From: Octopus sinensis
Lineage: Eukaryota
DNA length: 64,000 bases
Reading direction: 5' to 3'
Assembly: GCF_006345805.1 (NCBI RefSeq)
Contig: NW_021832430.1
Location: 186,001-250,000 of the forward strand
Of this stretch, positions 1 to 11,799 are shown piece by piece. The notes below the pieces were generated by a model that was not told the DNA's origin, searched no databases, and worked only from the letters and a program-made list of their open reading frames with translations. How positions within the stretch are numbered: position 1 is the stretch's first letter; each line of letters starts with the position of its first letter. The translations under genes were made by a program, and so were the position numbers.

Positions 1-70
1 GTTGAATGCATCGGGATCACGTGACGTTTGTTCGGTTTTTAGCGTGGTCTTGGTGATTTAATAAATAAAT
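1..70 (+). repeat. 3' end of a LINE-type repeat
   Basis: Near-identical to 46891-46960 (gttgartgcatcgggatcacgtgacgtttg...aataaataaatc), which directly follows an RT fragment. A related inverted copy lies at ~41110-41260. Confidence 0.7.
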
Positions 71-127
71 CGTCCGAAGCCATCAATTTGGATAAACTTG
101 TGATTTTCTGATTAAATCTTTCAACTA

Positions 128-600
128 TCACCTGACTCTGGGGATTGTTGGGTCGTCCATGAATTTGAACAATTTTGTACTTTGACAGAGTTTTCTTATA
201 TGGTCATTCTTGAACTCCCTACCATTGTCTGATTGCAAATATTTACAAGGCCCGTGATTTATAAAAATTTCTTCTAATTTATTTTGGCAATTTATTTGCA
301 ACCAAGAAAATTGATTATTGCCATTTTCAAACTTTGGGAATAACACAATTTTATACCTTTTTAGGTCAATCAGATCAATCTGAAATCTTTCATTCGGTAC
401 ATCCGCAAAAATATGACTTACGTCGTCATATTGTTTCAGCGGGATTGTAGACTGGCATATATCGCAGTCTCTTAGCACCTGACAAATACACCTCTTTTAA
501 CTAAACAAAATCGTTTTCCATACAATGGTTAGCGTCGTGGATCTCTTCTACAATTGTCCACATCTCCTGTGTGTTGGTTGAGGCAATAACAATTTTAATC
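128..600 (-). mobile_element. Gypsy-like (Ginger/GIN-type) integrase remnant
   Basis: Zn-binding CDICQ, core ERFQIDLIDL and HGPCKYLQSDNGREFKN (D,D of rve). Same family as 57440-58800 and 47480-47700. Confidence 0.8.
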
Positions 601-839
601 AAAAAAAGAATCTTTTATAAACCCAATTATTGTTTAGTCACTTTATTTTTACGGAAGTAATTTACTTCCTTTGGTATTAAAGGTTTGATCAAATCAGAAA
701 AGACAGGTCCATACAATATGCAATTCAACACGATTCTATTCATCTTTATGTAGCGCAAAAAAATGTGTCCCTAATTAGAAGACGGAAATAAAGTTTGAAT
801 AACGCCAATTATGATGAACTGAAGATCTTTAGGAAGTTG

Positions 840-869
840 GCCAAATTTGGCTATAATAAACGCCAATAT
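840..869 (+). promoter_or_regulatory. Candidate promoter module of IgSF gene A: palindrome GCCAAATTTGGC + AATAAACGCCAATAT
   Basis: Ends 28 nt before the ATG at 897. The same module with the same spacing is upstream of paralog D (51143-51172) and paralog C (~26418-26447). Function is inferred. Confidence 0.5.
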
Positions 870-896
870 AATTCCAAAAGACCGTAATAAATCAAA

Positions 897-2760
897 ATGT
901 ATTATCTCTTCATATTGATTGCTCAGATGAAAGCTTTTTGCTTTCCTCCAGTAATGGAAATGTTTGAGACGAATTTTATTTTTATAAAAGAACACAACAG
1001 CATAACCTGCCCAATAAAATCGTCTTCTTCTGATAATTACAAGTATTTGATTACTGTATGACATATTCAGGTGGACTAAAGACGGGGTTCCTATTAGATT
1101 GAATAATTCATTGTATCGTACTCATGGAAGAAATCTTGTTCTCTACGGGAGTTCAGTTGACACACAAGTTTTTGAATGCACTGTCGAGAATAAATGTGGA
1201 AAAGAAACATCTCTTCCATTTAAAGTGGATTATCTAAAGCTAGAACACAGTATATTTGTGACCAGTGACGAGTTTAGATTTTTATACTCATCATCAGCCG
1301 TTTACAATTCTCAGCACTAAGGGCATTAATGATAACTGCACTTGGTTCGAAAAAAATTACCGGTCGTCAGAATTTTATCGATTTCGTCCACATATTGGTG
1401 AACGAATATTTGAACTTGACAACGACATGTACTTTAGATTTTTTTGTGAATACGACTCGTTTTCTCAGTACATGTGCGATTTTAAGCACGGAAAAATGTT
1501 ATTTAATTTCAAATATGCCATGAAAGGTTTTTTTGTAATTTTAAACAAAAAAGAAACCAACTTTGAACCAGTTCCCTTTTTTCCAAAAGGAGAAAATATA
1601 AAACTTGAGTTTGGAAAATCCCACAAAATTACTCCTTGTATATTTTTTGGATGGTTTTTTTAAAAAATATATTTTTAGGGGAATTAATATAATAAATTAT
1701 TATCAGAATGATTATTTTATGGGACGCAACAGGATAACGTTGAGTTCACGAAACAAAGAGGATATATATGAATTCTATGGAATTCCTAGCTTCAACGGAA
1801 ACCCTTTAAATGACCGCAGGCTAAATTTTAGAGTTAGTTTTTACGGTTTGATTGTATAAAATATTCACAGAATTGCCTTCTATTTCCGACAAATTTCATT
1901 CACTGAATGCTACTATTGGAACAACAGCAATCTTTGAATGTTTTCCGAAATCAGGATACCCAAAGCCTACAATAAAGTGGTACTTGGATTCTGAGGAATA
2001 TCGTATTTTATGTTTTTATTAGATTTAGAGACAAAATTGTATTCTTTTGAGGTGTCTTTGAATGATAATAGCACGATATTAACTTTCTACAATATAACTC
2101 GATCAATGAGTATTCGCTGTCTCATAAAAAACAATTTTGGAAAAGCTGCAAGGACTGTTTACCTCAAAGTAACAGAAAAACCGACAATTTTTATGTCGCA
2201 CTCATCTCCAGTCGAAATAAGTCAATTTAACCAACATGTTATTAAATGTTGGGGAACTGTCGATCCAATTCATAAATTGCAGATAAACTGGTTATATAAC
2301 AACGAATTGATAAAAAGAGATATAACAAATTCAAACTATTTAATAAAAAATTCAAAAGTCGGAAGTGAGTTTTTATTTACCCTGTCGTCTAATCAGTTAC
2401 AAAAAATGAAGAAGAAAGTAGTACCTTTAACCTGTATCATATTTGATGAAACATCACAAGTAAATCAAACAATAGAAATTTTAATAAATTATGGTGAGTT
2501 TTTCTAATGTCATAAATCTAGTTGAAATTGTATCAAAAATGGCAGTCTTTTGGGTCGTTTTTGGAATTTTGGGAATTATTGGAATTTTTTTATTTGTTGC
2601 ATTCGTTTATATTCGGAGAAGGAGTTTAAAATTATTGGCGAATAAATTGTATTGTTTTAGTCATTTTTATTTCAGCTTTAATGACCCTGCAAAGCTAAGA
2701 GACTTTTGGGTTGAAGAATTGGAATGCTTTTCAAATTTTCAAAATGTTCCCCGCACTTAG
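897..2760 (+). CDS. IgSF type-I membrane protein, paralog A (549 aa; signal peptide, ~5 Ig-like domains, TM, short tail)
   Basis: Manual splicing of 8 GT-AG introns (1043-1070, 1250-1277, 1527-1553, 1654-1678, 1846-1870, 2003-2028, 2494-2521, 2649-2675) gives a 1650-nt open frame. Motifs: MYYLFILIAQMKAFC signal, CPIK..WTKDG..FECTVENKCG, FECFPKSGYPKPTIKWY..CLIKNNFG, and a hydrophobic TM followed by RRR. Confidence 0.85.
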
Positions 2761-2949
2761 GGTTTTAAAAAAATAAACAAAAAATAATTAAAATTTATTT
2801 CACCGGCCGTAGGATGGACGGCGCCGTTGAGTGGACACTAAGCAATATTTTTAATTAAAAATATTTTTACAATAATAATCTCGATTAAAAATCAAAATTA
2901 TTTAAATAATTTTAAATAATTTTCCTAATTTTTGTTTAAATTAAGAATC

Positions 2950-3690
2950 GCGTGAGAATGGTTTTGTTGTATCTATTGCAATCCTTTGTTGAAAAATTAA
3001 TTAATTATATTGAAACTGGCTTGATAGAAGATGAAACACAGAGGAAAGAACGTTTTAAAATACGTTCTCTCTCAAAAAATTTTATTTATGAGCAATCTGT
3101 GCTTTTCATTCTGAAAAATGGTAAAAAACTAAGATTCTTCACTATCGAAAAAAATGAATTTAAGATGAAAACAATTGAGGTAAATATAAAATCAAATTTT
3201 GTAGGCTGAACACAATTTAAACCATTTTGGTCGTGATAGGCTTTATTCCAAACTCTGTGAAGAAATTTATCCGATTACGAGAAAAGAGGTCCTTACTATT
3301 GTAGGCCGGTGTGAAGTTTGCCAGGTTTAATATTTATGAGCAATATAGGCGATGCGTTTGATGGCCACTAAACCAACTATTACTCCTATTATAGCTTATG
3401 AATTAGAACAGAGAAATAATGTAGTAGAAAATTTAGAAAAAGCAGGAGCGAAAATGTCTAAAAAAAGGAAATGGAAATTCGACGAAGAGGATATAAATGT
3501 CGGAGATTCTGTTATTATCCGACATGATAGAGACGCAAATGTGAATAATAGGAAATATCCTCTTCACGATGAAATATCTTCAGAGAAATTTTATATCGTC
3601 GACAAAAAAATAATTTATGTGTGTTAAAAGATGAAAATGGAACAGAAATTGAATCCATTCACATTAGTAGACTCAAACGATTAGTTTAAA
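2950..3690 (+). mobile_element. Internally deleted Ginger-like integrase gene with two tiny introns
   Basis: Removing 3180-3204 and 3325-3348 joins KTIE|AEHNLNHFGRDRLY..CEVCQ|AMRLMATKPTITPIIA (HHCC zinc motif + linker). The catalytic core is missing. The C-terminal GDSV-like domain is present and frameshifted. Confidence 0.7.
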
Positions 3691-4339
3691 TGTTTGGTTA
3701 ATAAAATTTTAAAAATTGTATAAAAAGTTTTTCAACTTAAGGCCGAAGGCCGCATAGGGGAATAGTTGGATTCCAAAAAAATCCGGCCGTAGGGCAATTG
3801 GTTTAGGTTGGACTTACTACCTGAAAGCCTAAGGCTGGATAAGAAGTAATACGTGTGCAGCAATTAAGGTTTGGTTAGGGTTCCCTTTAGAAATCTGTAC
3901 TGGTCATCTCTAAAATTGCTGTTAGGATACCAACGTCTATTTTATTTAATTTGACATCTTATATTCTATTTCATTGTTTTGATGATCTTTTCAAGGCCGC
4001 AAAGAAAAAATATTCGAGAAATGTAATTTTTATTAGAAATTTCAAATGTAACCGAACGTAACCGGTTGAAATTTATTGAGGACGGAGTTCGGCGTCAGTT
4101 TTAGAAATGTCAGCATTGAAATGTAATCTTGAATTCATTTCATTGGATGTGCACAAATCTTCAAACCAGTATGCAAGATGAGCTGCACTGCAAGGGTATT
4201 GGGATTCCAGCTTCCATAGTCAATCGAGAAATCATGTCCTTTATATGACTCAGACTTCTAATCGGTTTAAAAGAACTAATCCCACATTTCATTCTCATAA
4301 ATTGACAATGCAAGAGCGTTGTCTCGCGTGGGAAACTTC

Positions 4340-4480
4340 CGTGAGTCATCTGGGGGCATCGGATGTTTGTTTTTGTTCCAAAATAATTTAATTTAGATTG
4401 TCGAAACCTTGTTCCAATTATATATTCTGTTTTCTCAGCGTTTATTTTTAAGAATGATATTGCAAATTTTTTGGTCAATT
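4340..4480 (-). mobile_element. LINE RT C-terminal fragment (CR1/L2-like); duplicated near 28950-29050
   Basis: FLKINAEKTEYIIGTRFRQSKLN resembles the LKLNxxKTEYIIIGTRQ motif at the end of the LINE RT domain. Confidence 0.5.
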
Positions 4481-4862
4481 TATTTACAGTACTTTCTAAT
4501 TAGTAGGTAATGCATTTCTGAAATCTCAATAATAAGAATATTGGCATTATTCAGTATTCATTACAGAATATACGATATTAAACCGTTCGCTCGTTCTTAG
4601 AGATTCTCCACTCAATAGGCAAAGCCTTGGAAGGTTTTATAAAGGCCGTGGATCTGGAGCCCAATTACAAGTCGGCGACTAACACCCATGTGTGTGGTGA
4701 CATAGTCATGTCATGGAAAAGCACTAAGTATCTTGTGTGATTGAGAGTCTAATCTTATTAATCACACCCGAAACGAGAAAATGTGTAGTGAAATGTGTGC
4801 GTAGTAGGGCAGCAGTGTTATGCAAAACTCTCAATGCACAGAACATAGTCAATACCTTAAAC

Positions 4863-5790
4863 CAGTGGTTCCCAACCTTAAGGTGCTCGCGGAACCCTTT
4901 TGGGCTAATTAATTTTTTGCGGAACCCCTCCAATTCAATTATTATAATTTCACTTAAAACATAATAGTAATAACCAAAAACAATTTTAATGTGAACATTG
5001 AGGTAATTTTTTATCATAGCATAGTTGTGTAACGTTAGGAGTTATTGTTGACAACTGTATCCTCATATCAGCGGAAGCATTAAGTTTATTTCTATATTTT
5101 GTTTTGGTGGATGTATATATTGAAAACCCAGACTCGCATAAGTAAGTCGTTGGAAAAGGTAATAGTTTACGTATAGCCTTTTCTGAGATATCTGGATATT
5201 TTGAAATGTATCCCCTCCAAAAATTAAAAAGGGATTCATTTTTATATAACTGATATGACGCTGATTCTGATGTCAAATCAATAAGATGTTCATATAAAAC
5301 TGCCAATCCTTCAGTAGATTCATCAATTTAAATAGCGAAACCATTCGAATTATTCAAACGAATTAGTAAATGTGTTTCAATATTTTCCGAAAGTTCCTGA
5401 ATTCGCCTTGAAATAGTATTATTTGACAAAGGAACAAGATCCAGTTTCTTAGACATTTGTTCGCCATAAATACACTCGATGATTTTTTTTGAACATGGCT
5501 TTATAAGATTTTCGGCAATTGTATGTGCCTCTCCACAACGTGCTACAAGATGACTCACCTGTTTGATTAAAATAATTATATACTTCATAAGATGCTCTGG
5601 TCGATTTTAAATTGTCGTCTTTCGCAAAATTAGACATTTCCAAGTTGCACCTTGTAGATGAATTTAATTTGTTTTGAAAAAAGGAAATATCTTTATCCTT
5701 TAAATGAGGATGCTTCATCAATAAATGTCTTGATAGTTTGGCAGGAACAAGAGATGTGTTAGGCATTATATGATGGCATATTACACATTC
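4863..5790 (-). mobile_element. Degraded hAT (Buster/Charlie, ZBED5/SCAND3-like) element
   Basis: TIR-like cagtggttcccaacc at 4863. Frameshifted transposase pieces include LVPAKLSRHL, HTIAENLIKP, LSNNTISRRI and the dimerisation motif LPFPTTYLCESGFS. The partner TIR was not found. Confidence 0.85.
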
Positions 5791-6639
5791 TGCCGTATGT
5801 GGTAAATCAGATCCATTCTGAGAAAACCCATATGAGAGGTAGCTTTCATCATATTTTCTTTTCTAACTTAACCACTGACAATATCGCAATCATAATTGAA
5901 AATGCTCTAAAATCTAATACTAACTTACAACACAGCCGTTACAATAGGTGCAAAAGAGTTTCCGTGGACGAATATCGTCTTGATTTAAAAAATTCTCTAA
6001 TTGAATTCAACATCAACAGCTTTCGCTTTTCAGACGCTGCAGTAAATAATTGATTACAGATCAAACAACTTCAAAATTCAAAGAATCTAAAGGACATGAA
6101 TACCTTGATATAAGAAAACTTGAAATCTGATGAATTTGCCACTTCTGGTTAAAATACCCCGTTCAATCCGATTTAGCAGGCAAATACGGTAATAGAATAT
6201 TACATTTTATTCATCTAACAAAAATGATTTGAAAGTTGCCAAATCTCGAAAAAGCTATCATTCACTTAATCTATACCGACTTTAAATGCAGATGAGGTCT
6301 CGAAATGTATTAAAACTCGAAAAACTCCCTTTCCACGAGTGCTAACAACATTTCAATCTACCATCTTAAGAAACTTTGCCCTGACTCCATATATGCCATA
6401 GTGTATATTTACAACAATTCTGTTAAAAAAACAAAATTCTTTCCCCTTAAAAGAAATCACGCCTCCTTCCATTAACCAAACCAAACGGCTTAATATCAGG
6501 CCAGAAAGAAAAAAATATCCCTTAATAAAAAAAATTATCCCCTAATTATCACTTAATATCAGGTCAGAAAGAATTAGAAACCCATAATTGATGACCAAGA
6601 ATCAGAAAACTAAATTACAGCTTTTTAAAAAGGACGACT

Positions 6640-6810
6640 AAATCTCAATGAGCACCTAGACCCATTCGTAAAAACTCTCAGAGGACTCGATACAGACATC
6701 ACGCTCTATGAAGCTATTTCAGTCTTGAGCAAGTTGAAATATGGCAAAGCTTCGGGACCAGACAACGTGAATACAAAATTATTAAAATATGCACCGATAG
6801 AGTTCTAAAT
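6640..6810 (+). mobile_element. LINE RT N-terminal fragment
   Basis: LSKLKYGKASGPDNVNTKLLKYAP (KAxGPD motif preceding RT domain 0). Confidence 0.6.
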
Positions 6811-7079
6811 ATATCAAGTAAACTTTCCGGAGTCTCTTGCTTAATAACATTTAGCAACATTGTGAATTCGCATTTTTTATAATTCGTTAATCATCCAAAT
6901 GTTCCAGTTCGCTGAGGTCCTCTTCATCACTACTGTTATTAGCCCAGAAACTCTCAAAAATTGCATTTATTATAATATCCGAATCAATCAGACTTTATCA
7001 GATGTTTTTTTTCCAACAGTCATATTCCAAAGCTTTTTCAGAACAATGTGTCTGTAATCTCGTCCCATGCCTTATTAGC

Positions 7080-7770
7080 TAATCGTGAATCGCCATGAAA
7101 TATTCTACTCGAATTGTTTTTTTGGCAAGCCAGGCGGTGTTGGTCAAGGTATACCAAAAGGTCAGACACACGAGCTCTGGATGCAATAGAGTTCCAGGAA
7201 ATTTGAACGAGAAATCTCCAGGCCTCTCAGGAAAGGAGCGATCCCAGGTAGCGAGCCCATCTGAAGAGCACCGGTCATGCAAGATCCGAAAGTTTTGTGG
7301 TAGATTTCAGAGGCCAGGTTGTTGCACATCGAAAGGAAGGATAGATATGCCAGCAGTGCCAAATCGGATGCAGTACGGATTCTCGCACCTCCGAATCTCA
7401 GTGGGAGCAAACATTGAGCCCACCCCGGAGCATCAAGGCGGACGTTGAGGACTGATTTAGCGGCTTTTTTCAGAATGATGTCGTATGCAAAAAGTAGATC
7501 CATTTGCAAGAAACAGGGATTGCTTCGGAGAGTAAGTTTCGGCAGATGGATGCTGTTCCTCAGAAGGAAAAAAGCAGTGGTTAAGTCCAGGATAGAACCC
7601 CGATAAGTAGGTCACGAAGGACACAGTCAAAAGCCTTTGATATATCGATACCAAGGATAACCGTAGCTTTTTTAAATTTCTGCTGGACAGCGCAGCGCCA
7701 TCTGTGACTCCAGACTATATCAGCTGTGGATTTTCCAGCCCTGAATCCGCTGTGACTGGGGGAGAGATAT
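7080..7770 (-). mobile_element. CRE-like non-LTR retrotransposon fragment
   Basis: WAQCLLPLRFGGARIRTASDLALLAYLS matches the post-RT LPxRxGGLG region typical of CRE-clade elements. Confidence 0.7.
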
Positions 7771-8139
7771 TCATTAACAGCTCGGGTTATGAGAACGAAT
7801 GTAACGAGTGAGAAAGTTTACGAATTAATATAACGTGTTAAAAATTGATTAGGTTTTATTTTACAAATTAGAGTTTATAAAAAATAAGTAATAAGTAATT
7901 AATTAAATATTCAGTTTGGCTGTATTATTAATAACTAATTATTTTTAAATCTGTCGGAGGTCAATCGACTTTCGCAACCTATTATTGATCTTTAAAGCGT
8001 TTAACGGCAACGGCTCATTGTCAACCTGGGCTCATTACAAACCTGTCACAATTAATATAACTTCCATTTTTGGATACAGTAATTTGAACCTTCTTCCTAT
8101 TATTTTCCTTATTACATGGAAAAATAAAGCGTATAAATA

Positions 8140-10046
8140 ATGCTTAATTTTCCGCTCACTTTAATTTTATTCTTCAGTCAAACAAAAAATATATGTATTC
8201 CTCCAACTATGGAAATGACCCCAACTATTTTCATCCCAAATATAAAAAATCACACCATAAAATGTCCAATTGATGCAATTCCAGCTATTGAATACCAGTA
8301 TGTTCTATTATCACATGTTAGATGGACTAAAAATGGAGTTCCCATTTCATCTGAATATAATGAGTTTTATCATATAGATGGTCGAGATCTCGTATTTAAT
8401 CAACCGTTCGTCACCGAAGGCATTTTTAAATGTTCTGTCAAAAATCAATGTGGCCAAGAGACTTCGCTCTCAGTCACAGTAAACGCTATAAAAAAAGAAA
8501 CGAGTATCTTTATAATCATGAATAGTTATAGTGATATATAAAGACAAGTATTTCGCCGTTCTCAAAGGCAAAACCTTTGATTCCAAATGTTTGTGGTTTG
8601 AACATTCTGAAGACGGTATAAGAAACCTAATTGATGAACGTGGACCGATAAACAATAGATTGTTTGTGTTGGATAATGATCTTTACATAAAATTCTTTCG
8701 TAAAACTGATCCTTACTTATACTACTGTATGTTGGACTTACAACCCATGAGAATATTTTTTTTTGAAAATTTCAAATCAGGTTTCTTTCAATTTTTTTAA
8801 AAAAAGATTCCTGTTTTTTAATTCCTCACTTTCCAAAAGGACGGCACCTTCAAATTCTTCTCGGAAGCACTGAAGAACTTATTCCCTGTTTGTTTTTTGG
8901 AAGGTTTTGTGAATTATTGATTTTAGGAATTATGACAAAATTGAATATTTTGAAGAAAAAAATTTAGTAGGAACTAACTTTTTGATCGTGAATTCGACCA
9001 TCGATACGCAATTCAAATCATTTTCTTGTGTTCCTTCATTCGAGGGGGTTTCTTTATTTCACTATTCAGAGAACTTTTTCGTATCCGTATATGGTTTAAA
9101 TTTGTTAAATATTTACAGAATTGCCTTCTATTTCCGACTCATTTCATTCATTAAATATTACAGAAAAAGAAGTGGCAAAATTTGAATGCTTACCAGCATC
9201 TGGCTATCCCAAACCCGAAATAAAATGGTATGCAAATTCCATCAAAATAAGTATTTATTCTCGTAATTCTATTTAGATACAAACTCGCATGATTTTTCCT
9301 TTGCTTTATTTAACGATTCTACAGTTCTATACGTTTTTAATCCACATAAGTCAATGAGTATTCGGTGCATTGTTGCAAATATACATGGAAAAGTGGCAAA
9401 AACAGTTTACTTGAATATCATCCAATTTCCAACAATATCATTATCAGATCCACATATAATCAAAATATCTGAGTTAAAAAAAATATCATGTAAAGGAACA
9501 GTTGATCCATTTCGAAAATTAACATTTAAATGGTTATACGATGGGAAAGTGATAACAAAAAACAACAATTTAATAAAAATTATGGAAACTGAAAAAAACA
9601 AAACCAATTTTGTATTTACCCCGTCGTTAGAAGAATTAAAAAGAATTGATAATATGCAGAAATCTCTTACCTGCGTTGTATCCGACGGCTTTTTACAAGT
9701 AAATAAAACAATAAACGTTACCTTTTTGTATGGTAAGTTTGTTTAATGAAAATGGTGTAGTGGAAAATTTGTGGGAAAAGACTCAGACAAACTTTCTTTG
9801 GATTATTCTTACGATAGGTTTTTTGATGGGAAATTTGTTAATTGGATTAGTAATTTGTCAGTACAAAAATTACTCAGGTTATATTATGAGAATATATTTT
9901 TAGTTTTTGGAAAATCTTTCGCGATTTGTTTGAATATCAAGATTTTCAGATTCAAGAAATTTCGAGAACCCAAAACTTTTTTTCTTGACGATCCAGACTT
10001 TATTCCAAGTTATCGAAAAGTGATATCCAAGATGCGTCTAAAATAG
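8140..10046 (+). CDS. IgSF type-I membrane protein, paralog B (~568 aa)
   Basis: Eight GT-AG introns of 22-28 nt at positions equivalent to gene A restore one frame (intron 2 acceptor is ambiguous, 22 or 28 nt). Motifs: signal peptide, KCPIDAIP..WTKNG..FKCSVKNQCG, FECLPASGYPKPEIKWY, ISCKGTVDP..LTCVV, and a TM near 9790-9860. Confidence 0.85.
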
Positions 10047-11619
10047 TCTTCAAAATGATATTTTTTCGCCTCATAGGCTATATTCTCAAATTAACCAAAT
10101 ATTATTAAAAAATCTTGTTCAAAAAAACGTGAACACTAGTGTTTTTCTACTAAATTTTGGGTTTTTATAGAATTTAAGATACAACGAGATGTCATTCCAG
10201 TTTTCTTACAAAAAAGTATTTAATTGCGAAAAAAATTAAGAAATAGAAATATCGATGGGTTTGCATTTGCCGCTGTTTAGAGATAGTCAGCTCTTCAAAA
10301 AACTGGAAATGATTCTGTTTATGTCTTTCATAACGACCTCAGTGTGTTCACTAATCGTAAAGTCATCAAGTACCAGAAGTTAACACTGAACGAAAGGTTC
10401 AGTCCAATATGGTCAACAAAGAGGACAAACCCTGCTGAATACCGCATTCTGACATGATAATTAGGTTTTCTTAGAATTTCGCATTCAAAATTCGTGTTAT
10501 CTTTTTTAGCATCATATAAAAATGGTCTAGAAAATCAACATCAGAAATAAATATTTTGGTCAAATTCTGGTTTAGGTTTCAAAATAAATTTGCTGAAAAG
10601 CTATACATGATTAGAATAACCTTGTTTTAAAATTAATGATGCTAAGGAAAACTGACATAAATTAAACAAATGAGAATTTTAAAAGGAAACAACCAATATT
10701 AAATTAATTCAGTCAAAATAGGTAACCATTAGGACTACTGTCAGTGTCAGAATTAGGAAACCAATGTTGAATTTTTGATTTCCTGAATATTTATTACATA
10801 CTACCTTTTGTGACATCATTACCAAAAGCGTCCTTTACTTTGTCGAAGGCATTCTATAACTAGAAAACTATAAAAGCAATACATTGACTTCCGAGCCGAT
10901 ATCGGTCTCTAAATAGACTGAAGGCAGTATCGTGCAGATTATCAAAACCAAGAAAAACATTCATATTTTGCGCAAATTCAAAATATAAATACAAAAATAA
11001 CGGACTAATTGAACACGTTGCCGGTGCATTAATCGCTCAATTACGTTGTAAAAAAGTAAAAAATAACAAGTTTGAAAGATTCTGTGCTTTTGTTCCTGTC
11101 CTAGAATAAAGCGATAAGCAATTTAATGTTTCAGTCATTCGTATTGGCACGCCAGTTCCAGTGGAAGGAATCAAAAGATGCCTCCGTTATAGAGGCGAAA
11201 GTAAACGCAAAGCATGTCGAAAAAGTGATAGTCTTTTTTGAGTTTCGAGTCACTAGGCTGAGTGCCAGGAATTCTCGCGGAAAAAGACAATTAATTGTAA
11301 AAAATTTATTATAAATCTAGATTTTTTTAAATTCTGTTTCAGTTAATAGATCGTCGAGCTTTCTAGGTCAGCCTCTTGAATCATCGTTGCACTGTCTTCC
11401 ACGTACTTCTAAACCTACTCTAATGTGACTACTCTTTTGAAAAAGGCGTCCTTTCTGTTGGCCACAGCTCAGGGACACAAAGACCTCCAGGTTTCAGAAG
11501 GACCATACAGCAGCACTTCTTAAAGAGGTTCAAACCCAAGGATCAGAAACTTACTAAGCAAAATTATTTTCTCCAATAAAACAAAATTCAAGTTATTTTC
11601 ATCAAATAAAAGAAATAGT

Positions 11620-11790
11620 GTTAGATATTTTCACGGTGAAAGATTTTGTTTGGCGAACATTATACCCGCGATAAATTTAGGGGTGGAAGTGTTCTAGCCT
11701 GTGGCTGTATTTTGTCTAAAGGAGTAAGCCGGCTCGTTTTTATTGATGGGATTATGACGGCTGCAAATTATGTTTAAATCTTAGAACAAA
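11620..11790 (+). mobile_element. Tc1 transposase fragment
   Basis: FRGGSVLACGCILSKGVSRLVFIDGIMTAANY matches the Tc1 KxGGGSVMVWGC region. Confidence 0.65.
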
Positions 11791-11799
11791 ATTTTTCTT

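Noticed and set aside
771-1064. 97-aa minus-strand ORF, duplicated at 26349-26642
   Set aside because: Antisense shadow of the promoter and exon 1 of IgSF A/C. Its conservation is explained by the recent duplication.
2803-3793. Direct repeat ccggccgtagg on both sides of the integrase (possible LTR remnants)
   Set aside because: Only 11 bp with no extended similarity or TG..CA ends.
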